Below, piece by piece: positions 1 to 13,693 of a stretch of DNA of 64,000 nucleotides (its first letter is position 1; every line of letters begins with the position of its first letter). The DNA lies in NCBI RefSeq assembly GCF_009914755.1, contig NC_060938.1; one strand, 5' to 3'. Below the pieces are notes generated by a model. It was not told the origin of the DNA, ran no database searches, and saw only the letters and a list, made by a program, of their open reading frames with translations. Position numbers and translations under genes: made by a program. The DNA comes from the human T2T-CHM13v2.0 reference genome, Homo sapiens.

Positions 1-166
1 GATTACAGGCTCATGCCACCATGCCTGGCTAATTTTTGTATTTTTAGTAGAGACTGGGGTTTCACCATGTTGGCAAGGCTGGTGTTGAACTCCTGACCTC
101 GGGTGATCCTCCTGCCTTGGCCTCCCAAAGTGCTGGGGTTACAGGCGTGAGCCACTGCACCTGGAC
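1..166 (-). mobile_element. AluS (Sx-like), cut by the window edge
   Basis: Alu left arm and linker in reverse orientation (aatttttgtatttttagtagag...cctcccaaagtgctgg...gagccactgcacctgg). Confidence 0.92.
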
Positions 167-3100
167 TGCTTGTCTTGCTTTCTAGCAAATCAGTTGTGGA
201 TTTTGCATTTTCATCTTCCACTAACAAGTGTTCTATCAGTCCTCTCATTCTAACAATTTGAGAATACCTGCTGATCTAATTTGCAAAATGCCAATTCTCT
301 CCTGTTGACCTCTATATTATTCTAATGATTAGATTCACATGACATTTTTGAATTTAGACCTCTATTGTTCTCATAATATACCACTGTAAATTTTGTCCAA
401 GAGACTTTTGATGAAACAGTGCCTACAGAAATAGATATTATACATATGTATTTGATTTCCATATGTATAATTTGCTTAGGCTTTTATTTTCCTATTGCAT
501 ACTTATGTGTTGCTCTCATTTCTTAGCTGAATTACTTTGTGACACCATTTTTCATATCATTCATGTCTCTACTCAAATGCCATCTCCTTAGAGAGGCATT
601 CCTTGACCACAATATCTTATACAAAAGCAATGCTACTCTTTTTCCATTATCTGATTGTATTCTACCCCTCAAAAATATTACTAGTACCTGATACAACAGT
701 AACTGTTTATTTGTATACAGTATTAGTATTTCTTCCTAAATAAAAAGGAAAGTTTCACAAAGTAGGAATTTTTCCTGAGTACGTAGTTAAGGTACTTTCT
801 GTCTTCTCCTTAGCTCAGAATGAGAGGCACATCTTTGTCCTAGGAATTAGCATATTATGTACCAATTTAAAGGCAACAAAAAGAGTTGCAGGCACCATTG
901 TGTTACATTGATATAAGTCCCCACAAAGAGACAATAACCCTCACACATATCATCACACCACTATCATATCAGAAATAAAACCAAAATGATCCTTAAAATT
1001 ACAATTTCTGGTGCTTATTACAAAATATGAACTAACAATTTGGAGTGGTATAAACCTCTTTCAAAATTTCAGAAGCTAAAAATGTAAAACAAAAGCTATT
1101 TGCAGTGCCTAGAGTAGGCTGACTGAAAGGGGATGGAAATAGCTAAAGCTCTAGCTCTTTATTTCCTAGTACTTTATATGCTAACTGGACCAAATTTTAT
1201 CTTCTGCCACCTCTCTCTTAGCTTTTGTGGCACTCTAACCCTGATCAATTCTTTGGAGCTATTTAGGATTATTCTATCCTATTTTAAAATTGTGATTATT
1301 GAGATAGAAAATTTAAAATAATTATTTAAGTAAGCATGAAAATGTAGTATTGATTGAAACATTTAGGAGTCTTAACCACTTTCAAAGCAGGACTAATTGC
1401 CTCCACGACAATGCCTCCTGGATTCTCATAAGTTCTTATTCGTCAAGAGTTTGCTGTGCAAGTGATCTGTCTTATAAACTGTCCATAGGTTTTTACATAT
1501 CCACCAGACATAATACATCCTCAAAATATATAGATTTAAACTGTATTCCAGATCTGAAGATTTCTAATTTCTTACTCCTGAACATAATTTAGGGTTATAA
1601 ATGTAGCCACTAAATCTTTAGGTAATTTACCTTACCTCATATAGTTTTTAAGAATAAGTAAAATGTCAAATGAACATGAGAGAAATTATTGCTTCATTTC
1701 AATTAGTGTGCTTGATTATTTGAAATTAGATTCCTTCTTTCCCCAGATTGAAGTATAAGTCCACTTTCCATCAAGATGGTTTGAAAATTGTCCCAAAATA
1801 ATGAACATGTGGGAAATGTAAAGATCAGCTTCTGCTACCTTCCCAAATTTTCAATCATTTGGCATACAGAATGAATTTTAACGATGCCAGCTTTCCCTCT
1901 ATGTCTGTTTTATTTGTTGCATAGCATTAATTGCTTTCTAACCGTTAATTTTTTGTCTGCTTCCTACTCTACCAAACTATACGCTTCATGAGATCATGGA
2001 TATTTTCTGTCTGGTGCACTTCCTATCTCATGTACACATAATAGAACATAATACATTTAATTGCAAAAGATGAATCAAATCTTTATTCTTATTCCTTTAG
2101 TATTCTACAAATAAAAAGTAGATCTTTTTGAGGTTATATTTTTAGAAAATCAAATGCACTATTAATATATTCAATCAAATATTGCTGTTCAGAAAGGCAG
2201 AACTTAGTAGTAATTTGAGATCTTCATAAGTATTTGGTTCTTTTATTTCTTACAAGTTCAAGGAAGAACATTTTTTTTCCCATGTTTTCCTCAGATCAAG
2301 TCAAGGGGCTGCTTGGGTGAAGAAAGTGTGAGCAGAAGCACCGTATGTCCCTTTCAAAAGGAGAAATTAAGGCCTGGTACCTGCATCAACATGCTCCCTC
2401 CAAAATACAGTTGACATGCCAAAGATAATTTTATATCAACACATAGAAGCACTTAACTGAGTTCACTAACATTAATGGGATACTAAGATACCTTCTAATA
2501 TGAGGCAAGGATAATCAAAAAATTATAGAGGAGATATTGTAAAGGACAAAAATACATCTAAATTGAAACTATTTTTAAAAATTCTTCCTTTATAAAAATT
2601 ATGACCTATCATTGCAGTACCTTATATTATAGCATAAACACATATATCTTCAAAATCAGCTTCTCTAAGCAGAGAAACTGCTTATTCAATATAGGAAAAC
2701 TACCTATGAATTTTGTATTGTGTCATTTTGCTAAGATATGGAACTCTAAAGGAAAAGTTTTAGCTTAAGATCTGTAGAACACAAAACAAAAGAACCTCAT
2801 GGATATATTAGTACATTGCAGATATTTTTATATTTTAACTTGAAGCTTTCCTATTTTGTTTATAAATGTTACAATTTTACATTTCCTTGAAAATATTCCA
2901 TTAAACCTGTGCCTAACATCCATCTCAATAAGAGTTAATTTTCATTTTTAATATAAATTTCATTTTTAATATAAATAATCATGTTCAAGGGTATGTTCTT
3001 AATATATAGAAATGAGACAAATATTTATATGAATTGACATAAGGTTATCTAAAGACAATAAGCATGTAAATAGTGAACACTGTTTTCATCCCTGCCTTTT

Positions 3101-3365
3101 TGCTCTCTCCCTTCCCCTAGCCTCCATTCAATCATCAAATCCTCCAGATTTTGCCACATATATTTCTCTCAAATTTCCAATGCAGCATCAGATTCAGGTC
3201 ATGCTATTTCATTTGAAAAAAAAGAACAGCTTTTACTTTGTGCTTGTCCCCTATTAATTTAGTACTGCATTAATGACTGTTTGATTTTTCTCTTTTGACT
3301 CTTTTAGTGTCTCCCCACTTTTCAAGGTAAAGTTTAACTTCTTTGGAACTGTTCCTATGGTCCTT

Positions 3366-4053
3366 CATGCCTCAAAATAATAAGAGCCATCTATGACAAA
3401 ACCACAGCCAACATCACACTGAATGGGCAAAAGCTGGATGCATTCCCCTCGAAACCAGCACAAGGCAAGGATGCCCTCTCACCACTCTTAATTCAACATA
3501 ACAATGGGAGTTCTGGCCAGAGCAATCAGGCAAGAAAAAGAAATAAAGGACATTCAAATAGGTAGGAAGGAAGTCAAACTGTCAGACTTAATGACATGAT
3601 CCTGTATCTAGCAAACCCATAGTCTCAGCCATCAGTGCTCACCAATGGTAGACTGGATAAACAAAACGTGGTACATATGCACCAAGGAATGCTACGCAGC
3701 CATAAAAACGAATGCAATTATATCCTTTGCGGGGACACGGATGGAGCTGGAGGCTATTGTCCTCAGCAAATAAATGCAGGAATAGAAAACCAAATACAGC
3801 ATGTTCTCAGTTATAACTGGTAGCTAAATGATGTGAACACGTGGACAAATAGAGGGCAACAACACACACTGGGGCCTATTGAAGGGGTGGAGGTTGGGCG
3901 GAGGAAGAAAATCAGGAAAAATAACTAGTGGGTACTAGGATTAATACCTGGGTGACGAAATAATCTTCACAACAAACCCCCATGAAACAAGTTTACCCAT
4001 ATAACAAACTTGTGCATGGACACCTAAACTTAAAATAAAAGTTAAATAAAAAA
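3366..4053 (+). mobile_element. Old L1PA (PA13-16/L1PREC2-like) fragment: ORF2 RT piece joined to the 3' end
   Basis: 3366-3630 matches ORF2 RT (gccatctatgacaaaaccacagccaacatc...gcaatcaggcaagaaaaagaaataaagg). 3631-4053 matches the ORF2 C-terminus and 3'UTR, ending aacttaaaataaaagttaaataaaaaa. Confidence 0.88.
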
Positions 4054-4526
4054 GATAAGTAATGCCTATGATATCTAAACTATCACCTTCAAATTTCTAC
4101 TCAAATTATTGCTTCCATCTTTTTACAAATGGTTTCCAAAACTTGAAGTCTGATAAAGCAATTTAAACATCAATGATATTTTGCATTTCTTTCTTGAACA
4201 TTTTAAAACAGAAAACAGAAGCTGGGAAAACATAGTCCATTACTGAGTAGTTGTACAGCAGTAGTTACGTAGTTTTATTGACATCTGTCATGTCAAACAT
4301 TTATTATTCAAAGATAAATATTGTTTCAGCTATTTTAGTTAAATCTTTTAAATGTTGAAAAGCAGTCAGGTTTTTGGTATAAAAGTCATGTAAAGACGTG
4401 GATGACTCCACATTTCAAGATAATTTAAGAAACTTTAACTACAACTGAAAATGATAAAGCTAAACTAATAGTCATTTATCATTAAAATTATAAGAAGCAA
4501 TTGAGAATGATGATTGATTCAAAATC

Positions 4527-5084
4527 AACTGCAAGTTTAAGTGAAATGACATATAAGGAAATCAATTTTACCTCAAGTTAATTTATATCTAAACAAGAGT
4601 AAAGATCCCATGGCATATTTCTGGTAATAAAAACATCACGAAACTTCTAAATAAAGCCCCAAACACTTATAATATTAAACATAAAATAAATGTGAGCTAT
4701 ACGTACATTTAAGAAATATTAATACAAACAAGGAAGATAATTATTACCCAATAATTCCAGTTGAGGGTCATGGGGTGGGGCAGGGCTTATTCCAGCAGCC
4801 AGGGTGCAAGACAGGAACCAACACTGAACAGGGCTCCATCCCATTGCAGGGCACACTCAGACACACACCCACTCTCACTCAGACTGGGAGTGATTCATTT
4901 AGACATGCCAATTCACCTCATGGGCTCATGTTTGGGATGTGAAAGGAAACCAGAGAAATCCACAGACGAGGGAGAATATGCAATCTCCATACAGATAGTG
5001 GTCCCAGCCAGGAACTGAATTTTTTTCTCATCAACGTTATAACCATATGACCTTAAACAAATGACATTATTCAAGGACCTGCTG
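4527..5084 (-). mobile_element. MER6A (TcMar-Tigger non-autonomous DNA transposon)
   Basis: Terminus ...ttattcaaggacctgctg|TA (TA target at 5085-5086). Internal ggcatatttctgg...aacttctaaataaag...gtgagctatac and tttgggatgtgaaaggaaacc match the MER6A consensus as recalled. Confidence 0.85.
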
Positions 5085-8000
5085 TACTTTGCTCATAAGC
5101 AAATTTGCATTTTCATATTTTAAAATTTTGTTTGTAAGTACAAACATACACACGAATGCACATTCACACACTGTCTTCTTAGTTTCCATACAAATATAAG
5201 ATTTTTCTACCCTGCAGTTCGTTTTTGCTGGAAATTCTATTACTACTGTCTTCAGATGAAAAATTTATGCCTAAATTTTTACCACCTTCAGTTTCATATC
5301 TAATGCTTTTGACTTGTAAATTAACATATTGAAGAAAAAGTGTTCACCCAAATTCTAGTAGCATGTTTCTAATCTGGATAACGGTTTTATGCTCCCCTAT
5401 CACTCCAGCCTAACAAGTCCACATGTGAAAATATGGGAATACTTGTAAACATTGATTAAAAATCTTATTTATGTCAATAACTTAACCCTCTTTCACTCTT
5501 TTAAGTGTCTTTGAGGTTGCTTGTTTCCTCCACGTTTCTAATTAATTTTCTCAAACCATATTTCTAAACAGAATTAAATCTATACAAAGGCACCAGACTC
5601 AGAGAAAATCCTCAAGAAGTATTTGGAGTTTTCCAAGACAAGGTACCCTTATTTTACAGAACCTTCTACATCAGTCAAGGGTCCATCCCTGACCCAGGTC
5701 TCTCAAATTTACCATTTATATATCCCTTCTCATAAACACATTGTAAAATTAGTTTGTAGGAATGAAGCAGATATATGCAATGTCCTTCATTTGGAAGATG
5801 AAGATAAACTTCACTTTTTACAACTGACATATGGCTTATTTCTTTTCCAGAGCCAGAGAGACCATTTACAAAATGGTTTCTCTACATTTCTCTGAGTCCT
5901 TCATTCTCTCTCATCTCTATATGTTTAATGCTTTCCAGAGCATTCACTAAAGAAATTGAAGTGAATGACAGAGAAATAAGGTCACTATCTTTTTCAAAAT
6001 TCTTCCCCAAAACAAAGTCAAAATTCAAGTTCTGCCTATTTTAACGTTTTCTTAATTCCATTTTTCTTCTTCTCCCCTTTCACTATTCTAATCTAAATCA
6101 TCAGTACATGCCCCAAATATGTGCCTAACTGTTGTACCTGTCTCTATTATAATAACATTCAGTATACTCAGTATGGTGTTATAAGATTAATCTATGCAAG
6201 ATGTCATTTTATTCATGATTTAAGATTATACAAAGAATCCAGATTATCAAATCTCCACAGATTTTCCTGGACAGGCATGAAATGGTTCCTCCAAACAGTT
6301 CTTGCAATAAAATCTATCTAAATGGGCTAAGTCAAGCACAAAACAAGCAACAATAAGCAAAAATTATTCACTAAAATAACTTTTAAAAATGTTTTAACTG
6401 GAAGGAGAAATAAGCAATAGCTCAACCATTATAGTCACATCTACTGAAGACCAAAATTAAATTTGTAATAAAGTTATCCAACAATCAATTGTATCAAACA
6501 TATCTTTTTTGCTTATTACTTTTTATTAGTAATTAGTGATTACTAGTGGTCACCGTTTAAGAAAGTTTAGGAATAAACCTATAAAATTAACAAACAAATG
6601 AAGTTTGCACCTCAGTGATCGTGTCTCTTGCCCCACTACCTGGCAGTACTAACTGCCCCCATCGATTTCTATGATACTCTTTGTTTATTTCTATTAAACC
6701 ACTTACTTTTATAAGACGTTGAGGACAATACTTCGTTTTTAAATTCCTGGAAATTACCATATAACTAATTTAATCAAATTTTATTGACTGAATGGGAGAG
6801 CAAATAAGTATGATAATTCTAAATATTTTAATACAACATGACTTAAAAAAGGAATTGGTCAATTATGGATTTTTTTAAAATAAAATATCCTACTTTCCAA
6901 AGATACAGTCAAAAAGTCACATCATTGTGTATTTCTATGGCTGAATATAAAAAAGGAAACTGTATAAAATTGTGTATTATTTAAAACTGTAATTGTGTAC
7001 ATTTCAAATGAAGTAAAATGATGTTTACGTTGCTTGGTATATTTAGATAACTTAGAAACATTTTTCCTGTTTTTTAATTCCTTAGATACCAAGGAAAGTA
7101 GATATTCAAATAATCTTTTTCTCTTTCCTGTTAAGCAACAAATGAAGCAAATAATTGGAGGTTAATAGCTGTCTAAGGAGATTAAACAATTGCTTAGCTG
7201 AGCCTAAAAAGTACAACTTTGTTAGGCCATAAAGATTCTGAGAAAACTTTTTTCCACAAATTAATTTTTTAGCTTCTCATTATATATTAGTTCTCTTTTT
7301 AAGTTTCTTAAAGCAGTGATTCCAGAATTTCAGTGCTTTTTTTCTAGATATAATGCATTATTTTACAAGAAAATTGTGTAAGTCAATACTGAAATCTGAG
7401 ACAACTTTCCTAATCAAATTTAAGTACAGACCATACAGTTTAACCAAAAGGGAATGCTGGGTTCAATTTATCAACCCCCTACATCTATGAGTTTAATAAC
7501 ACAGCAATGGTTTTTATAATCCTATTTAATTTAAGAATGATTAATAAGATTTCTAAAGGTTTCTGGATTAAAAATAAGGTAAGGTCTTAGGAAGTGAATC
7601 TGCTATTAGTCTTAAAGAATCGAATTTGTTTTCAGACTTCATCTCATACACAAATGCATTATGTAATCAAGGCAATGTTTGATATTAAGAGGTGAGATTT
7701 TTGTACTAGATAACCTAGGTATTTTATGGATAGAAGAAATCATGTACATGTATAGGCTAAAAATAGAAATATTGCCTAAAATAATAAGACTTTAAAAATC
7801 ACAAAATATGTAACATAAATTAATAATCCTTTGAATAAAATTTGGCCTTCTAGTAAAATATGTGAACCATAGTTATTAGGACATAAATCCATGTATTTAA
7901 AAATGTATATTGCTTAGGCCACATGCCTAACTCAGTGTATTTAAACCATCCAAGTTATGTTTACTATGTTCAAAAGCTCATTGATTTAGGATTCTGAAAT

Positions 8001-8209
8001 AGTTTGGCAGATGAAAAAGGCTACATGCATGTAATATAAAATCTTCATTAAAATAATAAACAGTTCAGAATTCAAGAGTGATTTCTTTATCCAAAGGTGA
8101 TTTTTAAAAGTTAGTATCTGATTGTTTCCTAAGATAATATTGATATTTAAATGTCAATGCCTGGTAAAGGAGAAATTTAAATTTTCTGAGAAAATATAAA
8201 AATGCTAGA

Positions 8210-8350
8210 AATCTTCCCAACACACAGAAATGACAAATACTCGAGGTGATGGATACCCTAAATACCCTGACCTCATAATTACACATCCTATGCATGTAAG
8301 AAAATTTCACATGTACCCCATAAACATGTATAAATATAGTGTATCAATAA
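8210..8350 (+). mobile_element. L1M (L1MA/MB-type) extreme 3' end
   Basis: cccaacacacagaaatgacaaatactcgaggtgatggataccctaaataccctgac...catgtaccccataaacatgtat...tcaataa. Confidence 0.8.
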
Positions 8351-8689
8351 GAACAGAGGGGCTAATCTAATGGAGAAAGATAAAATCCTATCACTCATTT
8401 ACCAAACAAATCAACAGATTTTTTTAAAGGTTAGTTTTAGTGTCGTAATTATCATTTCTTATCTTAAATCTAATATGAAGAAAGCCCATATTCTAAATCT
8501 CTTTCCTTTCTGAGGAAGGAGAAAAGCATCAAAATCAATTGAAAACCTTGAAGTTCAGCAGTCCCTCCCAAGGCAGGGTCACGCCTGCTTCCACTCAAGG
8601 TCTGCAGAAGGGGAAGGTAAGGAAGCAAAGCGGCAGGAGGCATCATTAAGGAACTGCGGGGGACATGTGGACTAGAAGAAAAATAAACC

Positions 8690-8883
8690 ACATCCAATAC
8701 ACTGGCTGTGCATCAGAATTACTTGGGACACTTGCTATAAACACAGCGGCCAGGCTTCTGAACCCAGGAGCTTGTATTAAGGAGGAGCTCACAGGATCTT
8801 GGTATCTGCTTCTCTGGGTATCTCTGGGCATCTCTGGGCATCCTGATGGAGGTTGTCTACAAACCTCACTTCCAGAAAACCTG
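8690..8883 (+). mobile_element. MER5-family hAT-Charlie relic
   Basis: ctggctgtgcatcagaattacttggga...caggcttctgaaccc...acaaacctcacttccagaaaacctg. Contains a 10-bp x3 repeat (tctctgggca). Confidence 0.55.
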
Positions 8884-8949
8884 GCTTATAATGTCATTCC
8901 TAAAGATGACAGAGCTGGTGAGACAGGTCACACTTCGAGGAGAACAAAG

Positions 8950-9043
8950 AAGTAGTTTCAACTGGTCTGTGGTGGGACCCAGACATTAGCCCACATGTAA
9001 CACTCCCCAGGTGATTCCAGTGGGCAGCCAGGGTTAACACTGC
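8950..9043 (-). mobile_element. MER5A fragment
   Basis: gtgggacccagacattag...ctccccaggtgattccagtgggcagccagggttaacactg. Confidence 0.65.
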
Positions 9044-9199
9044 CCTGTCTGGTAACATCCGCCACATAGATAAAACTTTGCCTGTTCTCATTAAAAAAGC
9101 TCATCACTTCCTACTCCCAAGACTTGTTCAAAATCCCATTAGTCCCAGCATCCTCCATAGGATGAAGAGGGGCGGAGGAGCTGGGGTCCATGAGAAACG

Positions 9200-9290
9200 T
9201 ACAGAGACCTGAGTTCGAGCCTTGGCTCAGCTACTAACTGGCTTCGAGATCTTGATCCTCAGTTTCCCCATCTCCAAAAAGGTAATGTTT
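9200..9290 (+). mobile_element. MIR fragment
   Basis: agacctgagttcgagccttggctcagctactaactggct...cctcagtttccccatctccaaaaaggtaat. Confidence 0.7.
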
Positions 9291-11427
9291 GCAATAAATT
9301 CCTTTAGAATGTAAAAAAAAAAAGCACCTATTTCCATTAATGCCTTTGTTTCCTGTTATTAAAAAGGAATTTTTTAAAAAAGAACTACATCGATTTTATT
9401 GTATCTAGAATACTTTTGCCCTACCATCCTAAACTTTTGTTTGTAAGTGAATCTTCAAAGGCAATGTTGCTTGCTGGGGCCATTTTGCATGTAGAGATGT
9501 TTTATGCAAGAGTTCAGTGCAGAGGTTATAGTTTTGAAAAAAAGAGGCGTGTGTCTACGTGCTCCTTCTCTTCTTACACCCCATCTACAAACAGCACCAT
9601 CTTATTCACATTGGCAGAACAGCACAAAGTCATTACTCTTTATTGAGACATCCCTGAAAGATACATCAAAGTTTTCTCTCCCATGGAAAGAGTAAAATTA
9701 CCAATTAGAATACGGCATCATAAAAAGCACCCTAGAAAAAAACGCTTATTTCTAAATATAAAAGAAAATCCTAAGAACAAAGGAGTACAGAAAAGAATGT
9801 ATACAGTGGCAGGTAAAGAGTTAGCTTCAAAAATTGAGTAAGGGAAGTATTTGTTTTCTGCACCATGGTTTATTACACTAGAAATATGTTTTTTTTTTCC
9901 TCTAGTGAATAGCATGCATCTTACAAAACCTGGAAAGAACAGTATTAGTATCAGACTTACTGATCCAATCAAGAAGGCTTGAAATGAAACTCGAAGTGGA
10001 AGAGAAAAATGTGAATCAATAACATAGATCTTACAGAAGACAATAGGTTTGAAATGAAAATGAGACATAATAAAAAAAGGTCTAGAAATTATTTTGTGAA
10101 AACCATGACTTGAAATAATGCTTAGGCTTAGAATAAAACTCAAATAATAAAAATACTACACATGCTCAGCTCATGAAATGTACTCTTTTAAAAAATCTGT
10201 ATACAACACTGACAGATGAGTATAAGAATTGCCATAACTGTTTGTGCAAGGAGTGCCCTGCACAAGAGTACCTGGCCTGTGGAACAAGTGGGGGACATAA
10301 TCCACTTCATATTCCAATTGCCTGACAGGTATAATCTTCAATTTACAGGATTAAAAACCCAGGCTTAGATATGCTCAGAAACATGCTCAAGGTTATGTAG
10401 CTATAAAAATATGAGGCCGTATTGGCTAGAATTGGAAGCCAAGTGTGTCTGGAATTCATTATTTTAAAAAAACATAGAAAAGGGAAATTTATACATACAT
10501 ATGGAATCATATATAATTTATTCTAAAGAGGAAGAGTAGGAGAAAATTCACTAATTTTTCAAAAGGAACAATACAATGACTGAGAAATGTGTGTCACTGC
10601 GTATCAGGGAGTTATACACCAGTTTTATGATAAAAAATATAAAAAATTGAATTTGGAGATGTTCATGTCAGGAAAGGAAAATAAAAGAAGACTTTGTCAC
10701 TGGAAAATGGTGTAGCATTTCCCAGCAAAAAATATTACAGAGGATAGTCTGCTAATGAGTACAAGATATGGATGAGAAAGAGAAGGCTTAAATGACGGGA
10801 TCTCTCTTGGGAGGAATTCTAACTCATTTAAATTTCGCTTATAGGTAAGGATTTTGATTTGCATCCACAACACAGATACTAAGTAGAAACAAAGTATTTG
10901 AGGTGCATAAAAGTAAAGGAAGAAGATGATGAGAAGGGTTGGGTAAATTCTATGAACTTAAAACACACAGCTAGTAATGGGAAGTTACCCAGAGACTCCA
11001 AGAAAACGTAACTGAGGAAGAAAGTAAGAAACTAAAGATACAATTATGACTCTATCTTTGCAAATAGACCTATAACCAGAAAATAGCACAATAATTACCT
11101 AAAGAAAACAATTGATTTTACAAATGAAAATTTAGTCATAGATTCTTACATTTTTACAAAGCATGTATAACAAAAAAAATGAATATGAATGATTAAACAA
11201 TGTAGTAAGGAGTTTTAAAAAGAGTATGAGGTGTGTAAAGTCAAGAATCCTTATAGATACTCCAAATATGAAAGGTTATAAAATATTAGCTGTGTTAAGG
11301 AAAAAAGAAATAAGCCCACAAACTGAGGGAGAAAGAACTGCTAATTTGTTTTGTTGCTGCTATTGTTTCTATCTTCTCTGTTTAAGAAAATTAGCAAATT
11401 AGAATGGGTAGAACGATGTTAATATAG

Positions 11428-11951
<524 letters not shown>

Positions 11952-12901
11952 ACAGTGTATCTTAATGTGAGTAATGTGTCACACAAGTATTTTATTGTAA
12001 AACACAATGGTTTTATGATAGAATAGCTGAATGAATCGTTGGAGGTTGATCAGTCTTACTCGATGAAAATTTTATTCTCTCTACCATCCCAATTCAAAAG
12101 ATTTTTCTGTGATACAGTTAAGGAAGTGGAACATGCACTTTGCCAATCTAGGGATAATACAAGGTTTTGGGAGAGAGCTAAAAGATTATGTGGTGATCAA
12201 ATAAATCTTCAAAAATGTTTTGTTATGCTGAAATTCATCCAGATAATATGCTAAGAAGAAACAATGTAAAGACCTCCACTTAAATTTCAAAAATATCATT
12301 TAAACAAAGGATACGTGAATTTAACATTTTAACCCTTTGAAAAAGATACAGTTTTTTCCACATAACCCTTGATCTTCAGCTCCCTTAAGAAACTATCATA
12401 CTTTAATTTCTTTTCATTTTACAAAAGTATTTCTATTTCTCAGACATATTAAATTAGCTTATGCAACATTCTGTATATGTCTTGAACCCCTAAAGCAAAA
12501 ATATGTACAACTTCTGGCTTCTTAGGAATCAAGACAAATGATTATGCAGTATAGGTGAGTGTGAGCACATCTGAAATAAGTTCCTTTTATGAAGTTATAC
12601 CATGTAATTTATCTCTCTTATCTAGTGATGAAGGATTTTAGAAGGCTCAAAGGCTGTCACTTTAGTATGTCTGCTGTCATAGTGAAAAATATGTAATTTC
12701 AAAGATTTTTCAAGTAAGTCGGAACAGTTTATGTGGAGTAATATACATAGGGTGAAAACATATCTATCTGTCTATCTATATACAGAAACACATATACATA
12801 AAATATATTTTGGAATTCATGCAAAACTCTTAGAAAAATGATAACAACAAGGTCTTCACAGAGGACCACAAAGAAAAAAGGACATCAGTTAGATTTCTCA
12901 C

Positions 12902-13050
12902 CTGCCTGATGCCCAACCGGTATGCAACAATCCGATCCACTGCATCAGGATTCATCTGTGTCCACTGTAGACTGTAAGAATAAACACGGTGTCTGTTCTG
13001 CCATACTGGATTGTAGGTATCATAATAGAATTCTGGAGCATAGGCCTTTC
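12902..13050 (-). CDS. MDGA2: MDGA2 internal coding exon (149 nt, phase 1/0), N-terminal part of the fibronectin type III domain
   Basis: Manual reverse-complement translation gives (G)[49 protein letters not shown], which directly continues ...SFLVTG in MDGA2. Acceptor ctttctgttttcag|GA, donor GGCAG|gtgaga. The split Gly codon (G+GA) is in frame with the 270-nt exon. Confidence 0.97.
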
Positions 13051-13172
13051 CTGAAAACAGAAAGTGTGCTTAAATTTGAATGATGACATATTGTAGTGTA
13101 AGCATACTTATTCCCTTTGGCCCTTTTACCATTTCTACTATATTTTTCATTAGTAATTATAAAATCCAATCA

Positions 13173-13693
13173 ATTTTCTGGATATGTTTTGAGAACAGAT
13201 GTGAGATTTCCTGGTTGATTGGATGGGCAGTGTGAGAAAAGAAGGAAGAACACAAAGCATTTGGCCTAAGTGATTGGAGGAATGGGATTTTCATCAACCA
13301 AAATGGAAATCCATGGGAGGATGAAATCTGGAGAAAGAAGATCAAAGTCATTTTTAAATAATTTGAGTGATCTAAATGGATACACCAAGTATGCAGTAGG
13401 ATATAACTAGTCTGGAATACAAGAGAGATCAAGACTGGAGATATAATCTTGCTAACCATAGGCATGCAGATAGAATTTAAATTTAAAGCCAAGAGACGGA
13501 TATTACCAAGGAAGTGTGAGTAGATAGAGAAGGTGAAAGTCTGACACTGGGGCAATCCAAGGTTAAGAGTTATGGGAGGAGATAAAAACCACACCGATGC
13601 CTGAGAGGGAACAACCTAAATTTGGGGAAAACTAAAAATGTGGTATCCTAGAGGTCAAAAGAGGTATTTCGGGAAGTGAGTGATCCACTGTGT
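13173..13693 (-). mobile_element. L2 (L2a-like) fragment
   Basis: Purine-rich L2 antisense strand. The minus ORF 13157-13594 contains a decayed RT motif (LNLGLPQCQTFTFSIYSHFLG, resembling GVPQGSVLGPLLFSIY). Confidence 0.75.

Noticed and set aside
9718-10143. 141-aa hydrophobic minus-strand ORF
   Set aside because: Antisense of an A-rich tract, with no recognisable domain and no splice or start context.
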